A stretch of DNA of 62,085 nt, filler included. It is 9 parts of 9 records of this genome, joined end to end, with 100 filler letters (N's around TTAATTAATTAA, not from the genome) between each part and the next. Parts side by side here need not be neighbours in the genome. Positions count along the whole stretch, not along the records: positions 40,683 to 48,457 come from SRR7504441_2696; positions 48,558 to 58,851 come from SRR7504441_2700; 7 more parts are not named here. One strand, written 5' to 3'. Position numbers and translations under genes: made by a program. Positions 46,027 through 56,651 of the stretch are shown piece by piece. A model generated the notes under the pieces. That model had not been told where the DNA came from, ran no database searches, and worked only from the letters and a program-made list of their open reading frames with translations. Numbering within the stretch: the stretch's first letter is position 1; every line of letters starts with the position of its first letter.

Positions 46027-48457
46027 ATGTTCGCCGCCCCGGCTGGGAGTCTCTGGTGTTGAGTGCCGCGCGGCAGGTCGTTGGGGGCGGCGGAGGAAGG
46101 GGCATACTACGCAAAGAGCTTCGCCTCGGAGAACTGCCCGTTCTCCCGCGACCCGGGTCCGTTCCCCGGCCGGTCGCCGAGTCGGCTGCCGCCTGGGCTG
46201 GCCCGGCTGTGTCGGAGGCTGCGGCCGGCGGTCTTGCTGGGCCGGAGCTGGCGGGCGGGCGGCAGCGGCTGAGGCTGGGGTCAGGCGACAGCAACAACTA
46301 CGATTCGTTCGACTACGACGCCTACGAGTCGCAGGCACCGGGCTGGGGCGCAGCCGGGCTGACCGCCGCTGCAGCAATGGCTGAGCTATCAGCTGGAGAT
46401 GAGCGAGAAAAAGAGCTTCCAGGCGCCCCCCGGTGTGAGTGGCGCTGAGGCTGGACCAGACCGACGCGCTGCGCTGGGTGATGTTGCTTGCGATCGGGTT
46501 CTGCACTGGGTGAGCGCCGGGCCGACTGGCGGGCGACTGGCCGGGCAGCTGCACCGGGTTTTTCATCGACGCCGTGGTCAAGTAGCGGCTGGGCGGGGTC
46601 TGGGCGAGCGGGCGGCAGGTACATCGTCAAGCTCAAGTTTTGGGTGATTGACGAGATCTTCAACCAAACCGACACAGATGGAGGCCGGAGCAACATCACG
46701 CTCGCACTCCCGGCCTGGCTGGGCATGGAACTGGTCGACCGCCGTCCCTGCCAGCAGCCAGCCGGGGGCGCAGGCGCTCTGCGCAGTGGCCGGGTACTTG
46801 GTTTGTTTCGTGGAGAGCTGTGCAGCTGGGTCTGGGATTCCGGAGATCAAGGCACGCTCAGCGAGCGGCTGGCGGCCGACTGGGCTGGCAGTGCCGACTG
46901 AATGGGATCAGAATGGTCCGAGTGCTCAGGATCAAGACCTACTTCACCAAGGCCGCCGCCCGCCCCTGGGCTGACTGAGCCAGCCTGCAGGTGTTCGGAG
47001 TGCTCTTCTCTGTGGCTGGCGGTGGGCCACGCAGCGGAGGGTGGCGATGAGGGGTGTGCAGGGCTGCCGGTGGGCAAAGAAGGCCCGATGATCCACTCGG
47101 GCGCGATCGTCGGCTCCGGGATCAACCAGATGAAGTCAAAGTCATGGTGAGGGCACCGGCCAGAGGCTGGTCTCAGCCCGTGCAGGGGCATCGACTGCCT
47201 CAGGCAGAGAGCCTACTCCAAAATGGCCACGTTCCGTAACGACATTGACAAGCGCGACATGATCGCCGCCGGGGCCTCGGCCGGGGTGGCAGCCGCTTTC
47301 GGGGCGCCCATTGGAGGAGTGCTGTTTGCGCTGGAGGAAGGATGCTCGTTTTGGAATGTGAAAATTACTTGGGGCAACTTCTTTGCGGCGATGATCTCGA
47401 CCACGGCCATCAACTTATTTAGCACCGGGATCAACACGGACGTCCCGTTCGGGCTGCTCACTGCCCCTGGGATGGTGACGTTTGGCCGGTTCGCGTCGAC
47501 TCAGGCCACCGCGTTCAATGTCTGGGAGATCCCTTACTTTATTGTAATCGGGTGCGGCGGCGGGCTGCTGGGAGCGCTGTTCAACCACCTGAACACGATC
47601 TTCACCAAGTGGCGGCTGCGACGGGTCAACTCGTACCCTTGGCGCAGATTCGGAGAAGTGATGGTGGTTGCGCTGGTGGTGGCACTGTTTGCTCTGTTTT
47701 TCCCATACGTGGCTGATGACTGCACCTTGATAGCCAATCCGCTCAACTCCCGAGCCAACAACGTCACAGATCTGACTAATCACAAGGCGTGCTTTGAAGA
47801 TGACTGCAGCTGCTCCGCTGAGCTGAGGTCAGCGCTGATTGGTCAGTCGTCCGAAGACGAGTGGGAGTACGACTGCTACTTTGACCCGGAGCTCAAGGAA
47901 AGCATGGTCCAGTTCGCCTGCCCTAACCACTACTACTCTCCAGCCGCCTCGCTCGCGTTTGCCAAGGGCGACGTCGTGATCAAAGGCCTGCTGCACAATC
48001 CTGAGAAGTATCCGATGGGGATGCTCTTTGCCTTCTTTGCCTTCTACTTCATGCTCGCCTGCTGGACCTACGGGATCGGCGTGCCCTCGGGGCTGTTCGT
48101 GCCCTCACTGATCACGGGTGCTGCGTACGGGCGCTTTGTGGGCCAAGCTCTAGATGACGCTGGTGGGTTGCTCAGGGGCTGGCTGACCACCAAGGGCAGG
48201 CATGTTGGATGGGATCCATACCTATGCCGTGGCGGGCAAGATCGGGGTGTATGCTCTGGTTGGCGCTTCGGCAATGCTCGCCGGGATGGCACGGATCACA
48301 ATCTCATTAACTGTCATTCTAATCGAGTGCACTAACGACGTGCAGTGAGCGCAGCCTGGCTGCTCTGCCCGCCAGCCCCGGCTGGCAGGTATGCGCTGCC
48401 GATCATGCTGTGTGTCATGTTTGCCAAGTGGGTGGCCGATCTATTCAACCACGGGCT
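46027..48457 (+). CDS. CLC chloride channel/antiporter (CLC-6/7-like), about 14 exons, 3' truncated
   Basis: [71 protein letters not shown]. At least four GC-AG introns. Confidence 0.93.
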
Positions 48458-48557
48458 NNNNNNNNNNNNNNNNNNNNNNNNNNNNNNNNNNNNNNNNNNN
48501 NTTAATTAATTAANNNNNNNNNNNNNNNNNNNNNNNNNNNNNNNNNNNNNNNNNNNN

Positions 48558-48642
48558 CGCGGCCAAGCTCAAACTCAAGGTTGCCGGGCTGAAGCAGGAG
48601 CTTGACAGGACTGAGGGCAAGCTGAACAGCCTGCTCAACTAG
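48558..48642 (+). CDS. C-terminal coiled-coil tail of a truncated gene
   Basis: AAKLKLKVAGLKQELDRTEGKLNSLLN*, followed by an AT-rich spacer. Confidence 0.45.
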
Positions 48643-49082
48643 CCGCTGTGGTTTAGAGCACCAGAGAGCACCAAGCTTCGCGGCTTAGCGTAGGCTTAGC
48701 GGGCGTTACGATAGTACTTAGGGCGTACGTGCACAGACTTGTAGGTCTGTGTGCACACACACAAAACTTATGATTGATTTGAACGAGCGTTATGAATGAG
48801 GATGCGAATCAATCAGCTGTTGTTGTATAGATAAATTGAATTATAATTGATTGTTGCCGGTCACACCGCCTAATGATCCACCGGCTTGCTACCGGTTTGC
48901 CAAATACTCGTACGAACTCGTACAAGTATACCGATTGCAAGTCATGAAATGTCCGGTGATCGGAGCAAATCTATTATTAAAGAGACATCAATTGCCAACG
49001 AGGATCGGCACTCAAGCAGACTCCGATGTAACACCGGTGACTAGCCGCTCCGAACAATTGACCTTGGAAGTCGGACGTGGCT

Positions 49083-51760
49083 TCAAATCCTGTCGTCCTG
49101 CGACACTGGACTATGAGGGCTATAATCGTCGTCTGTGTAGTCCACATCTGGGTCGTCACCCATATCTCCCAGCCCCGGTTCGTCGCCGCTGAACATTTGC
49201 ATCAGCCCGTCCTCCACAAAATTGGTTGAAGTCACCAGATGCGTACCACCGATGTAGATATCAATCTGCCCCGTCTCAGTGCGAGTGCTAGCCGGCCACT
49301 AACTACCTGCCACTTGGCCATGAGCTCGTACACGGCCTGGATCTCAGCGTGCGAGATCCCGCCCTGGACGAAGATCACTAACGGCCCGTTCTTCTCGTCC
49401 GTTTTCTTGCGCCGGAACCAGGAAGGCTTGCGGGACCCGCCCCTGCCCGGCCACTCAGCCAGCTCCGTGGATCGGTTTACTTTGGATAATCTCCTCTAAA
49501 TCCGTCAATAAACGGGCAGTCCTCTTCACCCATCCCGCCTGCCCGCCCTCGCCTGCCTCCTACCGCCGCCGAGCACCTTGCAGCACCGCGTCAGCTATAC
49601 GATAAATCCGGGGCACAAAAGAATTAAAGCTCTGCGCCTGGTGCAGAAAATCGTCCCTGCCCGCCCTCAGCGCTCCCCACCCCGGGGGGCTACTTGGCGT
49701 CCGCCCGCGCGTCGGCGGCTTCCCCGGACTGGTCCAGGCCCTCTGTATTGGGGTCTAGGTACTCTGGCACCACCATCCCGGCCGGGTCCGCCATTAGCTC
49801 AGCGAACATTGGATCGTGCAGCGCCAGGTGCAGCGCAAGCTCCCGAGCGGGCGGGGTCAGGTTGGAGGCCTGGGTCGGGCTCCACTCGGCGTGGTGGACC
49901 TCCTTGAGAGCGTACCAGCCAGTCAAGTAGTCCACTCCTAGTGGCTCGCTCTCTACCAACTGGCGGACAGTCTCGTCCAAGTCGCCTTGCACCATCAGCG
50001 CATACAGCAGGAACATTCGGTGGCGCATGCACTCGGTGTAGTTCGGGTCGTTGAGCATCAGCATCAGCTGGTCTTTGGCCTGCACCTTCTGCAACTCCTC
50101 CCGCGTGTGCAAGGTGTATTCCTTCTGGCCCATAGCCACCGCCTGCTGAAACTGGAGCATCGCAGCCCTTTGGTCGATCCGTTCCATCCGGCGCTCGCCA
50201 TCCTCCTCGGGCGGGCCGAGCACGATCGAGTAGAGCATCTCCTTCACCTTGCTCAGCGTACGGACTGATTCGTTGTACGAGTGAAGCTCACGTATCCCGG
50301 CCTTACGGATCTGTTTCTGAGCCGGTGTCAGGTTCTTCATGTCCACTCGCTTCTCGGGGTCCGAGTCCCACTCGACCAGCGTGGCGGCTGGCCCCAACAG
50401 TTAGTGCACCCGCCGGCCAACTGTTGTAATCACCGGAGGGGAAGCGCTTCTTGATCCAAGTCCGGAGCTTTTTGCAGATTTCGGAGAAATTCTTGCCAGA
50501 AATCGACTGGAATCTGAGCTGCTGCCAAACCTTGTTCGTCTCGTTGAGCGTGATCATCTTCGGGTTGCCGATCGGCTCGTCCTTGCCGTCCAGCGTGCTG
50601 CACAGGCAGGCGCCAAAGTTCTGCTCATTAACAATGTCGATCTCAAACCTCTCTGATAGCGCCTGAACCCCTGTCAGTCAGCACCGAGAGCCGGCAGCCC
50701 GCCTGCGAGCGCGGGTGGTCCATCAGCACGGCGCCCACATTGTAGTGATCCAGCAGTACGGTCTGTAAGTCGAACGACCGGTCGAGCACCAGTACAGTGG
50801 CGGTCCCACTCTCTGGCTTGTTTGCCCACCGTGAAGTCGCCTGCAGCTGCCGACCGAGCGCCGCCGCCAGCTCCCGCGCCACGTCGCACTCGTCGGTGTG
50901 GGCCGCCCCCTGCGGTGAGTTGCCCTTGACCCACCGCAGTGTCTTGGGGAGCATTGGTTTCCAGTCCTTGACCGCAGCAGGATCCTCCGGGAACCCCAGC
51001 GAGAGCAGCACCGATGAAAGCCCGGTGGCCGCAGCTTGCCTGGCGTTCTGACCGTTCTGGCCCACCGGGGCGTACAAGTCTGGAAGCACCGTGCTCGGGG
51101 AGAAGTCACATGAGCTGAGCACGAAAGCGTGAGCGTCCACCGGAGCGAACGCGAGGTTGAGTTCTGCGCAGCTGGCGATCCGCTGAGCGACCGGGAGGCC
51201 GGCCAGATGGCGCAGGGTGGCCTCCGAGACCGGGCTGGTGAACAGCAGGTGCACCTTGGAGTAGAATGGCTGCTCCGGGTCCGCAAAGTCGGCCAGCAGG
51301 ATCTCTATCTCTTCGGGCTCGGGCTGGATCAAGTAGATGGCCTCCAGCCCGGGGAAAGGCTTGCGCCCGGACTTTGTGATCTTGCTGTCCGGCGGGATCT
51401 CCTCCGGCCGCCGCTCGACCACCAGCGGCTCGACGTGCGAGATTTGGTGCTTGGTCAGCTCGTTGGTAGTACTCACAGCCGAGATGACCCGCACCGCGAA
51501 CTGTGCCCGGGGGTGGGCCGGGCCCGGGGAGAGGGGGGGCACCTCGTCCACCACCAGCACGCACCACCTCTGGTCAGGATTCTCGCCATCGGCCGCCCCG
51601 GTGATGTCGTCGATCGCTCTGAGCAGCCGCCTGCCGCCCGGCTAGCTGGCGGCCCAGGGGAGGGCCGGCACCGTTCTGTGATCGACCGGAGCGATGTGGG
51701 CAGGAACGCCCGCCGCCCCTCCCCTGGCGCCCCACCGCTCTCGTCCTTGCCCCGCCCCAT
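49083..51760 (-). CDS. Sec1/Munc18 (SM) family protein, multi-exon
   Basis: RWCVLVVDE|FAVRVISAV, RKPFPGLEAIYLIQP, VLVLDRSFDLQTVLLDHY, VWQQLRFQ, LVIFVQGGISHAEIQAVY, IYIGGTHLVT. Confidence 0.88.
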
Positions 51761-51864
51761 CCGCAAGTGACCCGAAGCGAGGCCTCGCTCTTGAATGGCG
51801 TGCGTGTCCGTTGCAAATTTTCGGGCTCCCCCAAGTTGGAAGATGCAGAATGGGGCGGGGCGGA

Positions 51865-53046
51865 TCAAAGAGGCGCCGCGGGTGCGGGGCGGGCGGACCG
51901 GCCGGGCGAGGCGGGGCAGGCACCGGAGGTGGACCGGGTCTCGCAGGAGGCCACCCGTGTCCGGGCCTCGGAGCACCGCTGGCTGATGGTTCGGGCCTGC
52001 GGGCGGCCGGTGCGAGCGGCAGCAGGTATGATCGGCAGCTCCCTCCGGTCACCGGTGGTCGCGTTTGATATAAGCATGAAGACCCTGCGATCGTGCCACA
52101 CAGCAGCCCCCGCCAGGAAGCGCGTGCCGGCCGGGTCCGGTCGCCAGTCGCCCCAGCGCACCTCGGTCGCATCTCGCCAGCCACCCTCCCGCCACACAGC
52201 GGTGCCTACTCTGCTAAACGCCCAGAAATGCTCGAATGACTGCGCGTCGCCAGCCCGCTGGAACAAGAAATACACCCGGCGCGGGGCGAGCCCTTGCACT
52301 AGCCAAGGGTCCCAACTCACCGCCCCCAGCCGGAGCCCCAGTCGGCCTGGCACCGGCGCAAGCTGCTCAGACTCAGGCTCGGATGGCGCCACCGCCGTGA
52401 TGGATCGCGCGCTGGCAGGCTGGTGGGTCTCCAGGAGGCCCAGGCAGATATCCAAGCACGGCATCAGCCGCTCGGCCGCCTGCTGCAACCGGCCGCACTC
52501 GGCCGGACTCGCCACCTGGTTCTCCTGGCAGAAGCGGAGGGCAGCCGGCCCAACCGATTGGCCTCTGGTCAGCGCAAATGAGACCAGCCGGCCCGACAGT
52601 GAGAGCCTGAGCAGGACGTGCGGCGCGGGGCTCGACTGGTGGGCCGCCGGCTGCCCGGTGGTCCGGTCCAGGCACACCCGTTCCCCCCGCATGAACACGC
52701 CCGGCATCTGGCAGGTGGGTACGCACGCACGCGCCCGGTCCAACCCAGCCGCCAGGTCGGGGCAGCCGGCGGGGCAGACGGCGGCGGCGGCCCGGTGGCC
52801 CGGCAGCTGCGGGGCTAGCCACACGGCGCCGGGCGGGCCGGCCAGGCAGAGCTTGGCCCGGGACCAGCCCGGGGGGGGCGGGGCCGCGGCCAGCCGGCTG
52901 AGCGGGGCAGTGAGCTCGGCCAGCGACCGGTGCACCGCCCCGTCGGCGTCGGAGAGTACCCCGCGGGCCAGAAGCCCCGGGACCGCCGCCCGGGGCACCG
53001 CGCACCGGCCGGCGTGGAGCAGCAGCACTGCCAGGGCCCAATGCAT
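51865..53046 (-). CDS. Secreted hypothetical protein, very GC-rich
   Basis: 393-aa ORF with signal-like MHWALAVLLLHAG and spaced Cys. Sits in a divergent arrangement like other real genes here. Confidence 0.5.
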   Translation of the reverse strand: MHWALAVLLLHAGRCAVPRAAVPGLLARGVLSDADGAVHRSLAELTAPLSRLAAAPPPPGWSRAKLCLAGPPGAVWLAPQLPGHRAAAAVCPAGCPDLAAGLDRARACVPTCQMPGVFMRGERVCLDRTTGQPAAHQSSPAPHVLLRLSLSGRLVSFALTRGQSVGPAALRFCQENQVASPAECGRLQQAAERLMPCLDICLGLLETHQPASARSITAVAPSEPESEQLAPVPGRLGLRLGAVSWDPWLVQGLAPRRVYFLFQRAGDAQSFEHFWAFSRVGTAVWREGGWRDATEVRWGDWRPDPAGTRFLAGAAVWHDRRVFMLISNATTGDRRELPIIPAAARTGRPQARTISQRCSEARTRVASCETRSTSGACPASPGRSARPAPAAPL

Positions 53047-53110
53047 CGCCCTTTTTATTTTATTTCTGTTTATTGCGCCAACGGAAGGTTATCAGAGTTA
53101 TCAGTCGGCA

Positions 53111-53422
53111 ATGCCGTGCAGAGCGCTGAAGGAGGGCGAGATCGTGCTGTACTGCAACGTGCCCAGGAGCGGGGAGGGTTACACGTACGACATCATCTGC
53201 AAGCCGGGAGATACGGTGCTCAGCGTCAAGGAGAAGATCCTAGCCCCCGAGCCGGTCAAGACTAAGTACTGGAAGCCGGACCGGCCCAAGATCAAGCTCG
53301 AGGACATGTTCTTACGGTTCTCAACTCTCGGGCTGCTCCAGGATGACCGCACCCTAGAGTCGTACGGGATCGGAGTCGGCGACTGGAGCGGCAAGCAATG
53401 GTGCGAGATCCTCGAGATGTGA
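53111..53422 (+). CDS. Small ubiquitin-like (beta-grasp) protein without C-terminal diglycine
   Basis: PGDTVLSVKEKI...LLQDDRTLESYGI, 103 aa. It is the true 3' part of shadow ORF 51767-53422. Confidence 0.8.
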   Translation: MPCRALKEGEIVLYCNVPRSGEGYTYDIICKPGDTVLSVKEKILAPEPVKTKYWKPDRPKIKLEDMFLRFSTLGLLQDDRTLESYGIGVGDWSGKQWCEILEM

Positions 53423-53990
53423 TCCGGCCGGGGGACCGCTGCCGGAGCTCTTGGGCTGGCGGCCGGCGGCGGGTGTGATTATATAGAACGGGGCTCTGTT
53501 GCGGGCGATCAGGAGCGCGGGCAGGGGGGGGCGTCGGCCGATGCTCCGCGCGACTGCCCGCCGGGCCTAGCCGCGCAGCCGAGGTTATCTTAAATACCCT
53601 ATATGCACAGCGGTGCGCCGGTAGCACCCAGGCGCGCACAACCAGACAATGGATTCGCCCCGCAGCGTCTGCGCACAGTAACAACCACCTGGCAGACTCG
53701 AGCCGCGCCGTATCGTCGCATCTTCGTCGCATCTCGTGAGTATTTACGTGCGCATGACGTCGACGCGCGTTGATGAGTCCGAGTCTACGTACAGTATACG
53801 TTGGCCTGTATTGGAACCGAATCTATCGAGCGCCGGGTGAAGTGCAATCGGCCCCCAAGTGCGCTCCTGCTGGCTCTCGTAGATTGCATGCTTGCCATGT
53901 CTAAGATGTCTTAGACGTTTTGAGCACTGATGTTGCACTCTGACATGCCCACGCGAGCTCCGGAGGAAACATCTGTTGGGGGGTTGCCGC

Positions 53991-54591
53991 ATGGCCATGG
54001 CTGGGGAGCCAGCCTCCCCAGACAGGCCCTGGTACAGACCAGAGGACCTGGCCGGGAGCAACGGTGCGCCCGCGAGCGTTGGGCCGCCAGGCGCGCCGGG
54101 GCTGTCGATGGAGGAGACCGAGCGGGTCATTGCCAAGATCTTCGACCGCTACGATGTGAACAGCTCGGGCAGCATTGTAATGCACTGGTGCCTGCGTGCA
54201 TCTGAGCTGCTGGCTGCAGGAGGACGAGGACGAACTGATTCAGCTGTCCACCGCAGTGTGCTATAGCCTCAGGATCACGGGATTCCCCATAGAAAAGGTG
54301 GCCGGCGCCCCGGCGGGGACTGAGCCCAACTGCAGTTTGAAACTGAGGCCCGCGCTCTGGGCAGCTTTATTTTTTCGGAGCGAGACTGCGCGGAGTGGTT
54401 CAACCGCCTGGTTGGGAGCTTTAAGGCCGAGCAAAGTACAGCTGGGTGAACGCAACTCATGGCTCGCAACTGTCCCAGCGCAGAGCAAGAAGTCCCAAAG
54501 CGCAAAGGAACAATCAGATCAACAAAGTCAGGATGGGGGTGGTTCAACTGGCAAAGGCGCCGACGGAAAATCCAAGGACTCATCGGCGTGA
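53991..54591 (+). CDS. Small EF-hand protein, 4 exons
   Basis: IFDRYDVNSSGSI|EDEDELIQLSTAVCYSL. Three 38-43-nt GT-AG introns give a continuous frame. Confidence 0.75.
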
Positions 54592-54790
54592 CATCGGATT
54601 TGCCATGATCCTTGCTCCAAGCCTTGTACATACATGTGAGCAGGCAAATGGAATACAATGGAAACGTAATGGAAACGTTAATGCGGTACGTGCATGTGGT
54701 AAACCTGTGTACATGATGGCATGCCTATCATTAGCCTATCATAATTGAATCGTGAATCTGGCTATCCTCGTACTTGATAAACGATTCGAT

Positions 54791-56315
54791 TTAATTTAAA
54801 TCCGATTTTTTCTTTTTCTTCTTGCCTGCCTTCTTGTTCCGGCGGCGCCTTGGCCGCTGAGTTGAGTTAGACCCCTAGACACAAGCAAAGGCCAAGATCA
54901 GTTGTGCTGTTACACAGGCCCGGTTAAAGGTGCGCAATTGTCACCGGATCCTCACTGTCTGACCCGCTTGCACCAGCCTGGTCGTCGCTAGATGCGTCCA
55001 AAGTCTCAGTATGCCTCGTCTTTGCCTCCCCCAGTTGTGGCTTTGGGAGCAGCGCGTCCCAATCAGTCCAGTGATTGGTTATTAGGAATTCGCTCCAGAA
55101 CGGCTTGAGGTCGCCTGAGGCGGGATTGCTGCTGCACGGCCGAGATGGGAAGAACAGATCCGCTTTGTCGATGAAGCAGTGAAAGTCCGACCAGACCCAT
55201 TCCTCCAGTTCAGGCTGCCCCCTGTCACAAGCAGCTCCCGGGCGGCCAAACCACGTACTGCAGCTTGACCATGATAGTGTCGTACGAGAACGAGAGCGAA
55301 TCTTCCTTCTGCACCTCCCAATCAGCCAATCCCCCGGCTTGAAGGGCTTCAAAACACGGAAATACCTGCAGATTCTTCAGATCCTCCTGCGTGTACGGAA
55401 TCTTCTTCCCAGCCTGACCCACCCATCAGCCAGCCATCGGCTCGCCGGGAGCCTGCCGGGCGTGATATTTAGCCCTGAGCCGGTCCATTGAATCGATCAG
55501 CTGCTGGTGTGTGAAGATGGCCGGCTTCATCGGATAGCAAGCGCCTCTCGTCTCTCGATCGAGTTCAGTCGAGCTCAGCCGAGCCTCCTCCTTCTCAGGG
55601 TCCAGGTGGCACGCGTTGATCCCGGCTTGCGGGTAGGCCACAATGTGCACGCAGTAGGTCACCCGCCGGCGCGGCTTGGCATGAATTATAATCGGGGCAG
55701 GTAGGTGCCCGTTTACCATCATCATGTCTGCACCGCCAGCATCACCTGCCAGCAACCACGGCGGCGCACCGTCCATCGTCTTCTGCGCGCGCGAGTGCCG
55801 CTTCGCCGACGAGGCCGTCTTGGCGATGTGTTCAGCGATGTTCGTCATCCCGGCCATGTCTGCTCGCCGCTGCACGCCGCCGCCCGGCCAGCCGGCACCT
55901 ATCGCGTGTAGGTTTAGCCGGGACGAGCCGGGAGCCCCGAGCACGGGCAGGCTGTGCAGCAGCTGGTCCCCATCGCTGGTCGAGACGAACCCTCTCAGCT
56001 GGCTATCCACTGTGAGGTTGTCCGCACCAAATACCTGCCGCCAGGCCTCGCACGGCCCGCGAGCGCTCACACCGCCCGAATGACGTCGCTGACGCAGCCG
56101 TCGTCCTTAAACATGCCGTCCTTCCGCATGTCGGGGTGCATGTCCCGGATGAACGCCGGCATCACCTGCGGTCGGCTCAGGTCCGACCGCTGCGCCGGCC
56201 GGACCTCTTCGATGATCTCTTCTTCGCTCCGTTGCTCCTCAGAGCCGTCGCACCGACCGAAGGCACTGCCGGGCGCCTCAGCCGGGCACCGGCCAGCGGG
56301 GCGCCTGCGCATCAT
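54791..56315 (-). CDS. Hypothetical protein, multi-exon, with a Lys-rich C-terminus
   Basis: Consecutive ORFs are joined by ~40-nt introns (including a GC donor after YHARQ). Ends RRRRNKKAGKKKKKKSDLN*. Confidence 0.6.
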
Positions 56316-56651
56316 GGCTGCGGCTGGCGCTAGCCTTTCATGACTGTTCCAGCCGCATGGCGACCTGCGTATCAGTTATCACAGCGTCGAGGGAGAAGAA
56401 GCTGCAGCATGAGCAATCGGGATCCGGGGATCCGGCTGTCCGGTGAATCCGGCAGAGCGTGGCTCAGTGACAGGGCCCGTGTGGCTAGTGACGGGACTAT
56501 CGGGGGGGCTGTGAGGGCATGGGGGCTGTAGGATAGGTGGTACTAGGCCTCGCCAGCTAGGTTTAATCCAGCCGGTTCTAGATACTTACTAGATACTCGT
56601 AGCTATTAGGTAGCTATTTCCGGATAGTAGCACGCCTACTGAAGCCCGGAC

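Noticed and set aside
46029-47190. Introns as an Introner transposon family
   Set aside because: Lengths are uniform, but I see no shared internal sequence or terminal inverted repeats between introns beyond short 3' ends.
51767-53110. 551-aa plus-strand ORF and other long overlapping ORFs (e.g. 44481-45506, 39387-40337, 31031-31834, N-terminal part of 60156-61523)
   Set aside because: Arg/Pro/Gly/Ala-rich shadow frames expected at high GC, opposite or upstream of better-supported genes.
53760-53945. C/D snoRNA candidate (TGATGA...CTGA) with a gtctaaga/tcttagac hairpin
   Set aside because: The boxes are far apart with no terminal stem or recognisable guide, so chance occurrence is likely.
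54884-54912. U2 snRNA-like string ggccaagatcagttgtg
   Set aside because: It lacks the GTGTAGTA branch-pairing sequence and the U2 5' end, and it overlaps a minus-strand gene.
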